This document shows positions 40,429-49,882 of a DNA stretch of 64,000 nucleotides, piece after piece (the first letter of the stretch is position 1; every line of letters begins with the position of its first letter). The DNA lies in the NCBI GenBank assembly GCA_022842645.1, contig JALHPE010000004.1:8557-72556 (forward strand), given 5' to 3'. Under the pieces are notes generated by a model. That model was not told where the DNA came from. It saw nothing but the letters and a program-made list of their open reading frames with translations, and ran no database searches. The position numbers and the translations under genes were made by a program. Source of the stretch: Minisyncoccota bacterium. GTDB taxonomy: Bacteria > Patescibacteriota > Minisyncoccia > Phycocordibacterales > UBA2100.

Positions 40429-41700
40429 CTACTCTGGCTTCAAAACCTGCTTCAAACTCGAATACTTGTTCGCCGGATCCCAAACAAAGTAGGAATGGAG
40501 GCCGAGCTCGGCGTTCGCGCGGATCTGGGCTTCCACCATTCTTGGCGTGTATTCGACTGGGTAATCGAAGTCTTGGAGCCAGGGGCGCATCTTTTTCTTG
40601 TCGTACGAAGGCTTTAAATAGACTGCGGGGGTTGAGGTGCCGATGCGTGTGTAGGCGAGCGAGGCAATCTGTGTCGTTGTTGCAACGGTTCTCTCGACAG
40701 CGCTCGCCATCACAAATTTCATGAGTTCATACGGCACCGCGTTCACATTCTGCCAGCCGTTAAAGCCTTTCGGATAGTGGGACGGATAGACCATAGGGCC
40801 GATGTAATCGAAATATGGAAGTGCCCTCTCTAAGACTTGGCCGATATTAAGATCGTCGTAGTTTGTCGTCACCATGCCGAAAAGGTCGGCGGAAGTGACA
40901 ATTTCGGGAGAAAGTTTCTCGTCGAGATATTTGAAGAATTCTTCGAGCATTTCTTGCTTAGTTTTTCCGTCGCGTTTGATATAGACCGCCGCTTTCATGT
41001 CGCCGTCTGATGGGTAACGAATGTAGTCGAAGTTTATTTCATCAAAACCAATTGCGTATGATTCTTCGGCAAGTGCAACGACGCTATCCCAGTATTCAGT
41101 GGCGCCCACGTCCACGAACGCTAAGCCCTTGTGATCTTTCCACACTCCCCCGCCCACTTTTTGCACCGCCTGCTCCGGGTGCATTTTGGTGTAGAGCGGA
41201 TTTTGGAACGTGGTAATGCGCCCAATGACGTAGATATTTTTCTCATGAAGCTTCTCGATAAACGCTTTCATATCCTGCGCACCACACTGATCTGACACCA
41301 TATCTTTGAGAAGCGGATGGTCTGTCGGGAACGCGATGCCGCCAGTGTAATCACGAATGTCGATGATGACTGCGTTGAGTTCTGTCGTATCAATGAGCTT
41401 CACGAGTTCTTCGCGGAAGGACGGCGTGCCGACCACACACTGCGACATATAAATCGCTTTCACGGGATCCGGCGTGGGAAGGTGTGCGACCTTTGGCTTT
41501 TCGGGTTCGGGAGGGGTGCCAGGAATCATGTCGCTTGAGCTTGCTGACCGTGAGAACGATACACTGCCGGGGAGCTGTGGCGCACTCGTAATCTTTTCAA
41601 AAAGCGCTCCGGCGGAACCAGAAACGACTCCGGCGGAAAGGAGTAATCCTCCACCGAGCATGAATGCAAGCGGAAGCTTACTGCGTGGCTGACGTGTCAT
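40429..41700 (-). CDS. Putative glycoside hydrolase (DUF4015-like), membrane-anchored
   Basis: LNAVIID, GFDEINFDYIRYP, PMVYPSHY, RPWLQDF. Confidence 0.8.
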   Translation of the reverse strand: MTRQPRSKLPLAFMLGGGLLLSAGVVSGSAGALFEKITSAPQLPGSVSFSRSASSSDMIPGTPPEPEKPKVAHLPTPDPVKAIYMSQCVVGTPSFREELVKLIDTTELNAVIIDIRDYTGGIAFPTDHPLLKDMVSDQCGAQDMKAFIEKLHEKNIYVIGRITTFQNPLYTKMHPEQAVQKVGGGVWKDHKGLAFVDVGATEYWDSVVALAEESYAIGFDEINFDYIRYPSDGDMKAAVYIKRDGKTKQEMLEEFFKYLDEKLSPEIVTSADLFGMVTTNYDDLNIGQVLERALPYFDYIGPMVYPSHYPKGFNGWQNVNAVPYELMKFVMASAVERTVATTTQIASLAYTRIGTSTPAVYLKPSYDKKKMRPWLQDFDYPVEYTPRMVEAQIRANAELGLHSYFVWDPANKYSSLKQVLKPE

Positions 41701-41908
41701 GCGACGCGATGGGTGGAGCGCTTTCGACAAAGGTAGTGGTTCGTCGCGTGCGAAGTCCCAAACCCCGACGGCGTACGACGATACCGAGCATGATCGTAAG
41801 AAGTCCGAGCACAACAAGAATGATGTTGTCCCAGGCAATCGGAAAGCCCATAAACGGCAGAAGCGCTACAAGTGCGCCGAGCGTCATAATGAGAATGTCG
41901 AGAGTCAT
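41678..41908 (-). CDS. Small two-TM membrane protein
   Basis: LG..VA.LPF.GFP..W pattern; TATACT-6-ATG. Confidence 0.65.
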   Translation of the reverse strand: MTLDILIMTLGALVALLPFMGFPIAWDNIILVVLGLLTIMLGIVVRRRGLGLRTRRTTTFVESAPPIASHDTSATQ

Positions 41909-41973
41909 CGCAGAAGTATATAGTATCCCGTATATCGTATCTAGTATTCATACGAAATACCGGATACAAAATA

Positions 41974-42642
41974 CTAGATACTTTGAATGATTACTACAAA
42001 TTCCCCGCGGGCGGTGCCGGCAGTGTCGAGACGCATGCGGAGTTCGTAGGCGGTGCCGGAGAGCACTTCTTCGTGCATTTTTGTGAGTTCGCGAGCGATG
42101 ACGATCGTGCGGTCGCCCAGGGTTTCTAATTCTTCTAAAAGCTTCAGAATGCGGTGGGGGGATTCGTAGAGAACGACGGTTCTTTTCTCGGCAACAATCC
42201 CCTTCAAAGCAGTTTGGCGACCTTTTTTGTGTGGGAGAAATCCAAGAAAGACAAATTCGGTGGCGTCGACGCCTGCAATCGAGAGCGCGGCAGTGAGCGC
42301 AGAAGCGCCGGGAATCGCCTCAATCCGCCAGCCGGCGGAGCGCACGCGCGCTACGAGACGCACTCCCGGATCCGAAATCCCCGGCGTCCCTGCATCAGAA
42401 ACATACGCAACGCGCTTACCTTCCTCGAGCATCTCGATCGCGCGCTGAGCCGCCTTCTCTTCACTCGCTTCATCAGCACGCACCAAAGTTTTCCCTGTAA
42501 TTTCGTAGCGTGCCAAAAGCTTACTCGTCACGCGCGTATCTTCGCAAAAAATAGCATCTGCTTCTTTCAGCGTGCGGAGTGCGCGAAGCGTAATGTCTTC
42601 AAGATTGCCGATGGGCGTCGCGACGATTGAGAGTGTTCCCAT
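41974..42642 (-). CDS. rsmI: 16S rRNA (cytidine1402-2'-O)-methyltransferase
   Basis: VATPIGNLEDITLRA, CEDTR, SDAGTPGISDPG, YESPHR, RELTK. Confidence 0.95.
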   Translation of the reverse strand: MGTLSIVATPIGNLEDITLRALRTLKEADAIFCEDTRVTSKLLARYEITGKTLVRADEASEEKAAQRAIEMLEEGKRVAYVSDAGTPGISDPGVRLVARVRSAGWRIEAIPGASALTAALSIAGVDATEFVFLGFLPHKKGRQTALKGIVAEKRTVVLYESPHRILKLLEELETLGDRTIVIARELTKMHEEVLSGTAYELRMRLDTAGTARGEFVVIIQSI

Positions 42643-42644
42643 AC

Positions 42645-43073
42645 TTATTTACTTAGGAAACGGTCTAAGTCGTCAATAACCATAATGACATGCGGAGCAA
42701 CAGTGGAATTCTGCACCACTTCGTCTCGAGTAAGGAATTTGCCGTACTGTCCTTCATTCACTGTAATATGGGTTTCAAAATCGGCAGAGACTTCATCGAT
42801 AAAAACATTATAGAACGCCCGCGCATCTTCAAATCGACTGAAATAACGAGGGGCTTGTGGCATATATTCGATTTCTTCTTCAGTCTCGCGCATCAGTGCT
42901 GTATACATATCCTCACCCTCATCGATCCCCCCACCAAAAAGACCGAATTGATTTGCATACATGGGAGCATTACCATCGCGCATTTGGAGAAAGTATTCAT
43001 ATACACCTTCTGCATTTTTACGAAATGGAATAAGAGAGACTGAAAAACGCTTATGATTTTGGATCGGTTCCAT
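42645..43073 (-). CDS. NUDIX hydrolase
   Basis: GGGIDEGE....LMRETEEE Nudix box. Confidence 0.8.
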   Translation of the reverse strand: MEPIQNHKRFSVSLIPFRKNAEGVYEYFLQMRDGNAPMYANQFGLFGGGIDEGEDMYTALMRETEEEIEYMPQAPRYFSRFEDARAFYNVFIDEVSADFETHITVNEGQYGKFLTRDEVVQNSTVAPHVIMVIDDLDRFLSK

Positions 43074-43074
43074 A

Positions 43075-44346
43075 TCACGCCTCAACAATCTGTTCAGCCA
43101 CTTTGTAAATATCTCCTGCGCCCATGGTGATGATGAGTGTGTTTTCTGGCTCGGTGAGAAGGGCTTCGCGAATGTCGTCGAAGGAATCAAGCGCCTCGAC
43201 GTGATTCCCGGCTTCGGCGAGGGAGTGATTTGAGACGGTCTGTGTTTCCTCTGTGCGCGCTTCGTAAATAGGAGCGACTATCGCGCGGTCGGCAGTGTCT
43301 AACGCGTCCGCAAATTCTTGGAGAAAACTTTCCGTGCGGCTGTGGAGATGGGGGTGGAACGCGACGACGATGCGCTTCTCGGGGAATTTTTCGCGTGCGG
43401 CGGCAATGGTTTTTGCGACGGCGGTGGGGTGGTGTGCGTAGTCGTCGTAAACAATCGCGCCGTTCGGGGTTTCGCCTTTGTGTTCGAAGCGACGCCACGA
43501 GCCTTTGAAATTTGAAAGCGAGCGCACACCAGCCTCGAGTTCGATGTGGGGCGCGGCAGCGCGGGCGGCGCAGAGCGCCGCCCGCGCATTCTCACGATTA
43601 AACTCTCCCACAAGCTGCAATTCTCCCACCGCAGCCTGTGTGTAATCAACGATACGCGCAGAAACACCTTGTAACACCGGAATCACAGTGTGGTCGCTCG
43701 GATTCGCAACGATCACGCCGTGCGCGGGTACCCTCTTCGCTGCCTGATGAAACGTATCTTGCAGCGCATGAAGCGAAGGAAAATAATCAGTGTGATCAAG
43801 CTCGATGTTGGTGATAACCAAAATCTCGGGCGAGAGCTCGAGTACGTGATCGCGATATTCACACGCTTCGACGACAAATAAATCGTCGCGCCCCGCCAAA
43901 AAATTCGACTGAAAATCACGCACGATAGAGCCCACAATCGCTGTTGGCTTCTCACCTGCATCAGAAAGAATTTTTGCAACCATCCCCGTCACCGTTGTTT
44001 TGCCGTGTGTTCCTGTAACTGCGATCGTTTTGGCGCCGCGAGACACTTCACCCAAGACCTCAAAATAGGATTGCTGTGGAATACCCATCTCATGCGCCTT
44101 TTGCCGCTCAGGATTCTCCGCGCGCACGGCATCGCTATATATCAAAAGCTCCGTGCCCCCCGGCACTTGCCCCGCCTCGTGTCCAATCTGCACGTGCACC
44201 CCCTTTTCTTTCAAAAGCATAGTCGTCGGCGATTCTTCCCTGTCCGAGCCAGTCACACTGCGCCCGCGCGAAGCAAGCAACTGCGCAAGCGCCGACATCC
44301 CAATCCCCCCAATCCCAACCATGTGAATGTTTTGGGGGATTTTCAT
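43075..44346 (-). CDS. murC: UDP-N-acetylmuramate--L-alanine ligase
   Basis: GIGGIGMSALA, GTHGKTT, EACE, DHTDY, DDYAHHP, MGAGD. Confidence 0.95.
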   Translation of the reverse strand: MKIPQNIHMVGIGGIGMSALAQLLASRGRSVTGSDREESPTTMLLKEKGVHVQIGHEAGQVPGGTELLIYSDAVRAENPERQKAHEMGIPQQSYFEVLGEVSRGAKTIAVTGTHGKTTVTGMVAKILSDAGEKPTAIVGSIVRDFQSNFLAGRDDLFVVEACEYRDHVLELSPEILVITNIELDHTDYFPSLHALQDTFHQAAKRVPAHGVIVANPSDHTVIPVLQGVSARIVDYTQAAVGELQLVGEFNRENARAALCAARAAAPHIELEAGVRSLSNFKGSWRRFEHKGETPNGAIVYDDYAHHPTAVAKTIAAAREKFPEKRIVVAFHPHLHSRTESFLQEFADALDTADRAIVAPIYEARTEETQTVSNHSLAEAGNHVEALDSFDDIREALLTEPENTLIITMGAGDIYKVAEQIVEA

Positions 44347-44405
44347 ATGACGAATATAACAGTTTTTGAGAAAAACTCCCCCTCGCGGGGGAGAAACGAA
44401 GAGAG

Positions 44406-44537
44406 TTGCGGGAACGAGGACCGCGAACGCCCCGCCGTCGACCCACTGGTCGTCTGACTTGACCCAGTAGGCGTACAGCCACCGACCACCGTCATTGCGG
44501 TTCGCGGTGAGGACGTTCGGGTTGCCGTCTGAGTCGA
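44406..44537 (-). repeat. DGR template-like repeat (copy outside the target gene)
   Basis: 132 bp, 128/132 identical to 44894-45025; three of four mismatches are A here versus G in the gene copy (minus strand), each at the first base of an AAY codon. Confidence 0.8.
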
Positions 44538-44813
44538 AATGTACGAGATGTCTTCCGTGCCACCGTCCATAGAAGGCTCGCGCCGATCTCCAGACTGGAT
44601 CGTATTCGGCATCTCATTCAGTAGAATAACCTACTGGGTATAATGCCCTAACATCTCGCACCAAGTATCTTCATTTTTTTGAAGTGTCTGCATACACCAC
44701 GCTACCTGAAACCGTGATCGCAGATATTCTGGATGTATGGATACTGGATTCGGCAGCGGGAAGCCGTAACCGCCCACATATTCGCCTACTACCGCGTTCA
44801 TTGTATACGAAAA

Positions 44814-44839
44814 CCCCGCCCGCGAGTACGCGGGCGGGG
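44814..44839. other. GC-rich perfect hairpin downstream of VR (DGR cruciform-like and/or terminator)
   Basis: ccccgcccgcg-agta-cgcgggcgggg: 11-bp stem, 4-nt loop. Confidence 0.7.
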
Positions 44840-44888
44840 CAAAGGTCTAAGGGATCAAGGGCAAGTGCAAAACTCCAAGTCCCAAGTG

Positions 44889-45554
44889 CTAAATTGCGGG
44901 AACGAGGACCGCGAACGCCCCGCCGTCGACCCACTGGTCGTCTGACTTGACCCAGTAGGCGTACAGCCACCGACCACCGTCATCGCGGTCCGCGATGAGG
45001 ACGTTCGGGTCGCCGTCTGAGTCGAGAATGGTGTCATGAAGCCCTGTAATATACGAGAATCCCATTTCCTTCAACTGCTCGCCGGAAACAAGTTCACGAA
45101 TACGAGGCATGATGCCAGCCTGCGGTTTTTCGTAGCCAAACCTGAGCGCTTCTTTGCGCAGGTTCGCCGTAGTTCCATCGCGATTTTTCACAATCACGTT
45201 TCCAGGCATAATGGCAACCTGGTACGTCTGTCCGGCAATCAGACGATGCTTTTTGTCATAGCCGTCTGTGCCGACACTCAGCAAAACGGATTTCGCATAT
45301 TCGCTTATGCGATAACCCGCCGCTTCAAGACGCGCGATTTCCTCTGCGCCCGTGAGATTGAGCCCAGTGATCGTCGCAACGAAGTGACCGTGCTGATTAC
45401 GACTGATCGGCGACAAGGTATCTCCGAAGGGATTTTTGCGCTGCGTAAAGAGCGCAAGCTCGTCGAGTGTGAGAGCCCCCTTCCGAATCTTCTCGATTTG
45501 GTCGATCAATAGTCCAGCCAGGCGATCGCCCGGCAAGGTTCCGATGATTCCCAT
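44889..45554 (-). CDS. DGR target protein with C-terminal variable region (probable CLec-like fold)
   Basis: 221 aa ORF whose last 44 or so codons are the VR; AGGAG upstream of ATG; fold is inferred. Confidence 0.75.
   Translation of the reverse strand: MGIIGTLPGDRLAGLLIDQIEKIRKGALTLDELALFTQRKNPFGDTLSPISRNQHGHFVATITGLNLTGAEEIARLEAAGYRISEYAKSVLLSVGTDGYDKKHRLIAGQTYQVAIMPGNVIVKNRDGTTANLRKEALRFGYEKPQAGIMPRIRELVSGEQLKEMGFSYITGLHDTILDSDGDPNVLIADRDDGGRWLYAYWVKSDDQWVDGGAFAVLVPAI
44894..45025 (-). repeat. DGR variable repeat at the 3' end of the target gene
   Basis: Encodes DSDGDPNVLIADRDDGGRWLYAYWVKSDDQWVDGGAFAVLVPA; followed by a roughly 7-nt-periodic tract and a GC hairpin. Confidence 0.8.
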
Positions 45555-45607
45555 CAGATTGCTCCTATTTCAAGGTACTGTTGCGTAGCAGATGCCACGT
45601 CACCACA

Positions 45608-46990
45608 CTATACAATATTTTTAATTATTTGCAAAAACTGATCATTCCTCTCATACTCATTCTTAAACATACCAAACGAGGCGAAGGCGGGACTGAAGAG
45701 GATGGTGTCGCCTTCCTCGGCAAGTTCGAGAGCTTTAGAGACGGCCTGGTTGAGAGAGTTGAAGGGACCGTGGTGTGCAGGTTTTAGGTTATAGGTTTTA
45801 GGTTCTAGGGAATTCCCTAACACCTTATCCCTAGCACCTAGCACCTTTTCGGTGCCGGAGCCCGCGAGAAAGACTACAGCCTTACATGAGCGATTCACTT
45901 CCTCCACGAGTGCACTCATGTCCAACCCTTTATCTGCCCCACCCATAATAAGTAGTATGTGGGACTTCGTAAGTCCCACATTGAGTGCTTGCAAGGCAGC
46001 GATCGCTGCCTCCGGCGTCGTTGCGTTGTTGTCGTTATAGATTTTGACGCCATTAATTTCACGTACGAATTGTAAACGCCCCTCCACACCACCGAATGAA
46101 GCGAGTCCTTCGCGAATTTCTTTTTCCGACAATCCATAGGCCTCTAGCGCGGCGGCGGCAAGTGCAGCGTTCAGGCGATTGTGCTCGCCCGGCATTTGAA
46201 TCCCCCACCCTTGAGGAAGTGGCGTTTCAATATGCTTTGCGTACACATCCGGGACAGCAATCCCGGCAATGCGCTCAGCGAGCTCAGGTGTTGCAATAAG
46301 CGTATCTCCTTTCTTTTGGAAGCGGAAAATATTCGCCTTATCAGCAAAATAGGTATCCATGTCAGGATAATAATTTTGGTGATCCGGCATGAGATTGGTA
46401 AAAACGGCAATATGCGGACTCAGCTTCAAATCGCCAAACCCCTGCAACTGCCACGAATCAAGTTCCAAGACGAGCACATCGCCTTCTCGAAAATCCGGAA
46501 GCATGGCGAGTGTAGAGACACCGCGAATGTTCCCGCCAAGATGTGCTCTCCGCCGGCTGGCGGACCCCGAAGCGACAAGCGCATGGTGGATCATGTGCGC
46601 GACGGTGGATTTGCCGCGCGTGCCGGTGACACCAATAATCTTGACTCCCATTTCATATGCAAACTTCGCCGCCAGAGCGGTCGACATGTAGACAGGCACC
46701 CCCGCAGCTTTTGCTGCAGCGACTTCTTTTGAATCGAGCCGCACGCCCGCGCTTTTTATGACCATGTCGGTGTCGGTGAAATCTACGCTATCATGCCCCC
46801 CGAGATGGAATGTGACGCCGAGCCCCTCGAGCCGCGCTACTGATTCAACAAGTTCCTCATGCGTCTTCAAATCCGTCACCGTCACACGCCCGCCGCACTT
46901 GGCGATACATTCAGCGTCGCCTACTGAGCGCCCCAAAAGTCCGAGCCCGAGTATGGTGACACGCTTCCCCTTAAAAAAATCGCCGTACAT
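45608..46990 (-). CDS. murD: UDP-N-acetylmuramoyl-L-alanine--D-glutamate ligase
   Basis: ILGLG..G, GTRGKST, GGNI, LELDSWQL, DH.NY, SPAFASFGMFKNEYER. Confidence 0.93.
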   Translation of the reverse strand: MYGDFFKGKRVTILGLGLLGRSVGDAECIAKCGGRVTVTDLKTHEELVESVARLEGLGVTFHLGGHDSVDFTDTDMVIKSAGVRLDSKEVAAAKAAGVPVYMSTALAAKFAYEMGVKIIGVTGTRGKSTVAHMIHHALVASGSASRRRAHLGGNIRGVSTLAMLPDFREGDVLVLELDSWQLQGFGDLKLSPHIAVFTNLMPDHQNYYPDMDTYFADKANIFRFQKKGDTLIATPELAERIAGIAVPDVYAKHIETPLPQGWGIQMPGEHNRLNAALAAAALEAYGLSEKEIREGLASFGGVEGRLQFVREINGVKIYNDNNATTPEAAIAALQALNVGLTKSHILLIMGGADKGLDMSALVEEVNRSCKAVVFLAGSGTEKVLGARDKVLGNSLEPKTYNLKPAHHGPFNSLNQAVSKALELAEEGDTILFSPAFASFGMFKNEYERNDQFLQIIKNIV

Positions 46991-47008
46991 TCCGCAACTA
47001 TACCGCGC

Positions 47009-47689
47009 CTATCCGCGCGCCAGAAGAGCAAGAATAATGTACCAAAGCCAGTGCAAGGCATAGGAATATATGACCCCATTCTCAACACGAATGATGAGAT
47101 AGGGGAATATCAACGCACCAATACAGGCAAATATGCTAAACAAAAGCGTCATGCCAAGATCAAAGCCGATAAACACGAGTAAGAGATGCGTAAAACCAAA
47201 TACAAATAGTGCCATAAACGCGACCGTTGTCACCGACTCAAATTTACGAAACGATGCCAGGATAAATACAGTAATAAGAACCTGCTGGAGTGCGATATCA
47301 AAAAACTTTGGAAAGAAAAAGAAAGGTTCTGTCGCCAAAAACCAGTAGCGTGTGGTATCAAGTGGCACACGTGAGTCTAGAGGAGTGAGCGGAAGAAGGA
47401 CCAGATACAATGTGCCGATCACGCTCACAAATACACTTCCCCAGAGCAGAGCCCTATGCCAATTATCAACTAACGTGCGCGAGCGCAGTATGGGAAAAAA
47501 CGCAATCACCGCGACGATCGTCCAGAGTGCGAAATAGATCGCGCTTTCGACGGGATGCGTCCCATACCCTACGTCAAACCCCAACACATTAAACACACTG
47601 TGGTACACGACTACCACAAAAATCCACAGTGAAATACACTGCAGGGTTACCCACGCAAGATTACCCTCTTTCTGTCGCATACTATACAA
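47009..47689 (-). CDS. Polytopic membrane protein (possibly CPBP/Abi-like)
   Basis: Six to seven hydrophobic segments; F..H and late H..W pattern. Confidence 0.55.
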   Translation of the reverse strand: MYSMRQKEGNLAWVTLQCISLWIFVVVVYHSVFNVLGFDVGYGTHPVESAIYFALWTIVAVIAFFPILRSRTLVDNWHRALLWGSVFVSVIGTLYLVLLPLTPLDSRVPLDTTRYWFLATEPFFFFPKFFDIALQQVLITVFILASFRKFESVTTVAFMALFVFGFTHLLLVFIGFDLGMTLLFSIFACIGALIFPYLIIRVENGVIYSYALHWLWYIILALLARG

Positions 47690-48431
47690 GTATTTTCATC
47701 GTATCTTCGTACTCGGGAAACAGTTCACGAATACGACGTCTAAAATGTTCAGAATCTTGCGACGCGCGGAAATAAATCGAGCCCGAGCCTGCAGTATCAA
47801 AACGACGCTCGGTCTCCTCCGCAACAGAATCCGCCGGATCCAAAATTTCGACATTTCCGAAGGCAACACGCGCCTCTTCCTCAATAATATGTCGCGCAAA
47901 CGGATAGTGTGTGCATCCTAAAAAGACGTAATCTAAGGGTTGGCGCCACCGTTTCTGGAACTCAGTGCGCACGATGTCGCGAATTTTGTCATCATGCGCG
48001 CCAAATTCGATTGCTCCCGCAAGTTCCACAAACGGGTGTTGGTGCAGTATGACCATGCCGCCGAACGCGCTCTCATAAATGCGCGATTTGACCGTTGCGG
48101 GCGTTGCCATAAGGAGGACGCGCCCACCTGCATAGTGGCGCATGCCGCGCGCAGCCGGGCGAGTCATTTCAATCACATCTGCCCCTTCCGCGCCGTGACT
48201 CAGCACATGCGGCGAAACAGTATTACACGCGCTCACAATCTCCTGCGCACCAAACATCCTGAGCGTGCGAAGCCCTCCTGTTGCTAAATGCACAAGCTCT
48301 GACGCCTCGCGCGTGCCATACGGCGCATGTTTGATGTCGCCAAAATACACGACATCGGCCGTAGGTTTGCGCTTCCGTATTGCCTGGAGGACCGAAAGTC
48401 CGCCAGATCCTGAATCAAAAAGACCAATCAT
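47682..48431 (-). CDS. murI: Glutamate racemase
   Basis: IGLFDSGSGGLSV, PYG, ACNT, LGCTHYP. Confidence 0.92.
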   Translation of the reverse strand: MIGLFDSGSGGLSVLQAIRKRKPTADVVYFGDIKHAPYGTREASELVHLATGGLRTLRMFGAQEIVSACNTVSPHVLSHGAEGADVIEMTRPAARGMRHYAGGRVLLMATPATVKSRIYESAFGGMVILHQHPFVELAGAIEFGAHDDKIRDIVRTEFQKRWRQPLDYVFLGCTHYPFARHIIEEEARVAFGNVEILDPADSVAEETERRFDTAGSGSIYFRASQDSEHFRRRIRELFPEYEDTMKILV

Positions 48432-48437
48432 AACGTG

Positions 48438-49517
48438 TCAGTAGTTTTTGTATTCGTTTTCGAGAAAATCTTTGAGTCGCCGTAAACCCTCATCAATTTT
48501 TGTTACATCAAGAGCGTAACTAAACCGCACACGATCCGGCGCGCCAAACCACGCGCCGTCGTAGGTAATCATGCGGTAGGTATAGTATAAATCACTCACG
48601 ACGCGTCCTGAATGCTTAAACGTGGGAAGCACATAAAAGGCGCCCTCAGGTTCCCAGAGCTCAAGCCCGAGTGCGCGCATGCCCGTGTACATTCTATCGC
48701 GCCGCTCTTTCCACACATCAACATAGGATGTCACATACGAGCGCGGGGAAAGAAGCGCCGCAAGTGCCATGTCCTGCGCCAAAATACTTGTGTTCATCGC
48801 TGTATGCGTTTTCATCTCTACCACCGCTTTCACAAGTTCTGCGTCTTTAGAAAACAGATAGCCGACGCGAAGCCCGCACATCGCATACGTCTTCGAGAAC
48901 GAATTGATGGTAACCACATGCGGTCCGTGGAGGAGATAATTTTCGCGGACATAGATTAAATCTTTGTACACTTCGTCAGAGAGTATGTAGATTCCTTCCC
49001 GCGCACAGAACTGCTCAACTGCCTTTAGTGTTTCTACGTCTTGCACTGTACCCGTTGGGTTTGAGGGTGAGTTAATAAAGACCGCAATAGAACCTGTCGC
49101 TGCTTTTTTAAATGTCTCGAGATTAATTTTTCCTTCCTCAAGGTCGTAGTACACAGGTTCCATACCCGCGAGCCGCACGTTGTGTGGGTAGGAATAGTAG
49201 TAGGGGCGCGGAAGTGCGACCTTTCCACCTGGTCCGCCAACTGGCGGAGCAATTGCACGAAGCGCGAGATCGATCGCCTCTGAAGCGCCATTGGTTATGA
49301 CGAAATCATCGGGCCCTGCGTCTGCGTACTGTTTTGCAAGCTCGCTTCGCAGCGCGACGGAACCAGCCACTGGTCCATATTTAAATCCACGGTGACTTGC
49401 AAGTATCGCAAAAGCCTCCTCCGGCGGCGGCAAGTCCGGTTGCCCCGAGCCGAAGGAAATTAAAGAATCATCGCCTTTCCCAATGAAAAAAGATGGGCCG
49501 GGAATTGGAGGATTCAT
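48438..49517 (-). CDS. PLP-dependent aminotransferase class I/II
   Basis: NSPSNPTG, SDEVY, SFSKTYAMCGLRVG. Confidence 0.9.
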   Translation of the reverse strand: MNPPIPGPSFFIGKGDDSLISFGSGQPDLPPPEEAFAILASHRGFKYGPVAGSVALRSELAKQYADAGPDDFVITNGASEAIDLALRAIAPPVGGPGGKVALPRPYYYSYPHNVRLAGMEPVYYDLEEGKINLETFKKAATGSIAVFINSPSNPTGTVQDVETLKAVEQFCAREGIYILSDEVYKDLIYVRENYLLHGPHVVTINSFSKTYAMCGLRVGYLFSKDAELVKAVVEMKTHTAMNTSILAQDMALAALLSPRSYVTSYVDVWKERRDRMYTGMRALGLELWEPEGAFYVLPTFKHSGRVVSDLYYTYRMITYDGAWFGAPDRVRFSYALDVTKIDEGLRRLKDFLENEYKNY

Positions 49518-49556
49518 CGGGGGATTCTAGCGCTTGCGGCGCTCCGACACAAACAC

Positions 49557-49732
49557 TTGTGGGCATGGGAAGCTCGGACAAGAGCTCGTTTTGATCCCGT
49601 CGAATCAAAACTCCTCTCAGCCCTGCTCGCACGACCCGTTCTGCTGAACGGGTGCCCGTGCTCACTTTCGAGTCTCCCCGTACGCCTCACAAAACATAGT
49701 CGCCAAACACATGTGTTTGGCTCGTTGTTTTG
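49557..49732 (-). repeat. Structured tRNA-3' trailer element with inverted and direct copies of the tRNA-Leu 3' end
   Basis: 13-bp inverted copy 49667-49679 of 49740-49752; 13-bp direct repeat 49557-49569 of 49730-49742; three hairpins. Confidence 0.7.
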
Positions 49733-49814
49733 TGGGCATGGGGAGACTCGAACTCCCATGTCTTTCGACACACGCTTCTGAGACGTGCGCGGCTACCAAT
49801 TACGCCACATGCCC
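49733..49814 (-). tRNA. tRNA-Leu(CAG), CCA not encoded
   Basis: GGGCATG/CATGCCC acceptor stem, CACGT-CTCAGAA-GCGTG anticodon arm, long variable arm, GTTCGAG T loop. Confidence 0.95.
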
Positions 49815-49882
49815 GTCTCGCAATACTAAGCGCCCCGCACTGCTGGTGCAATGCGGGGCGCGTTCAGTGCATAGTCCGATCT

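Noticed and set aside
44343-44612. ORFs 44343-44612, 44671-44970 and 44855-45037 sharing peptide sequence
   Set aside because: These are alternate-frame readings of the TR/VR repeat. They have no RT or Avd features.
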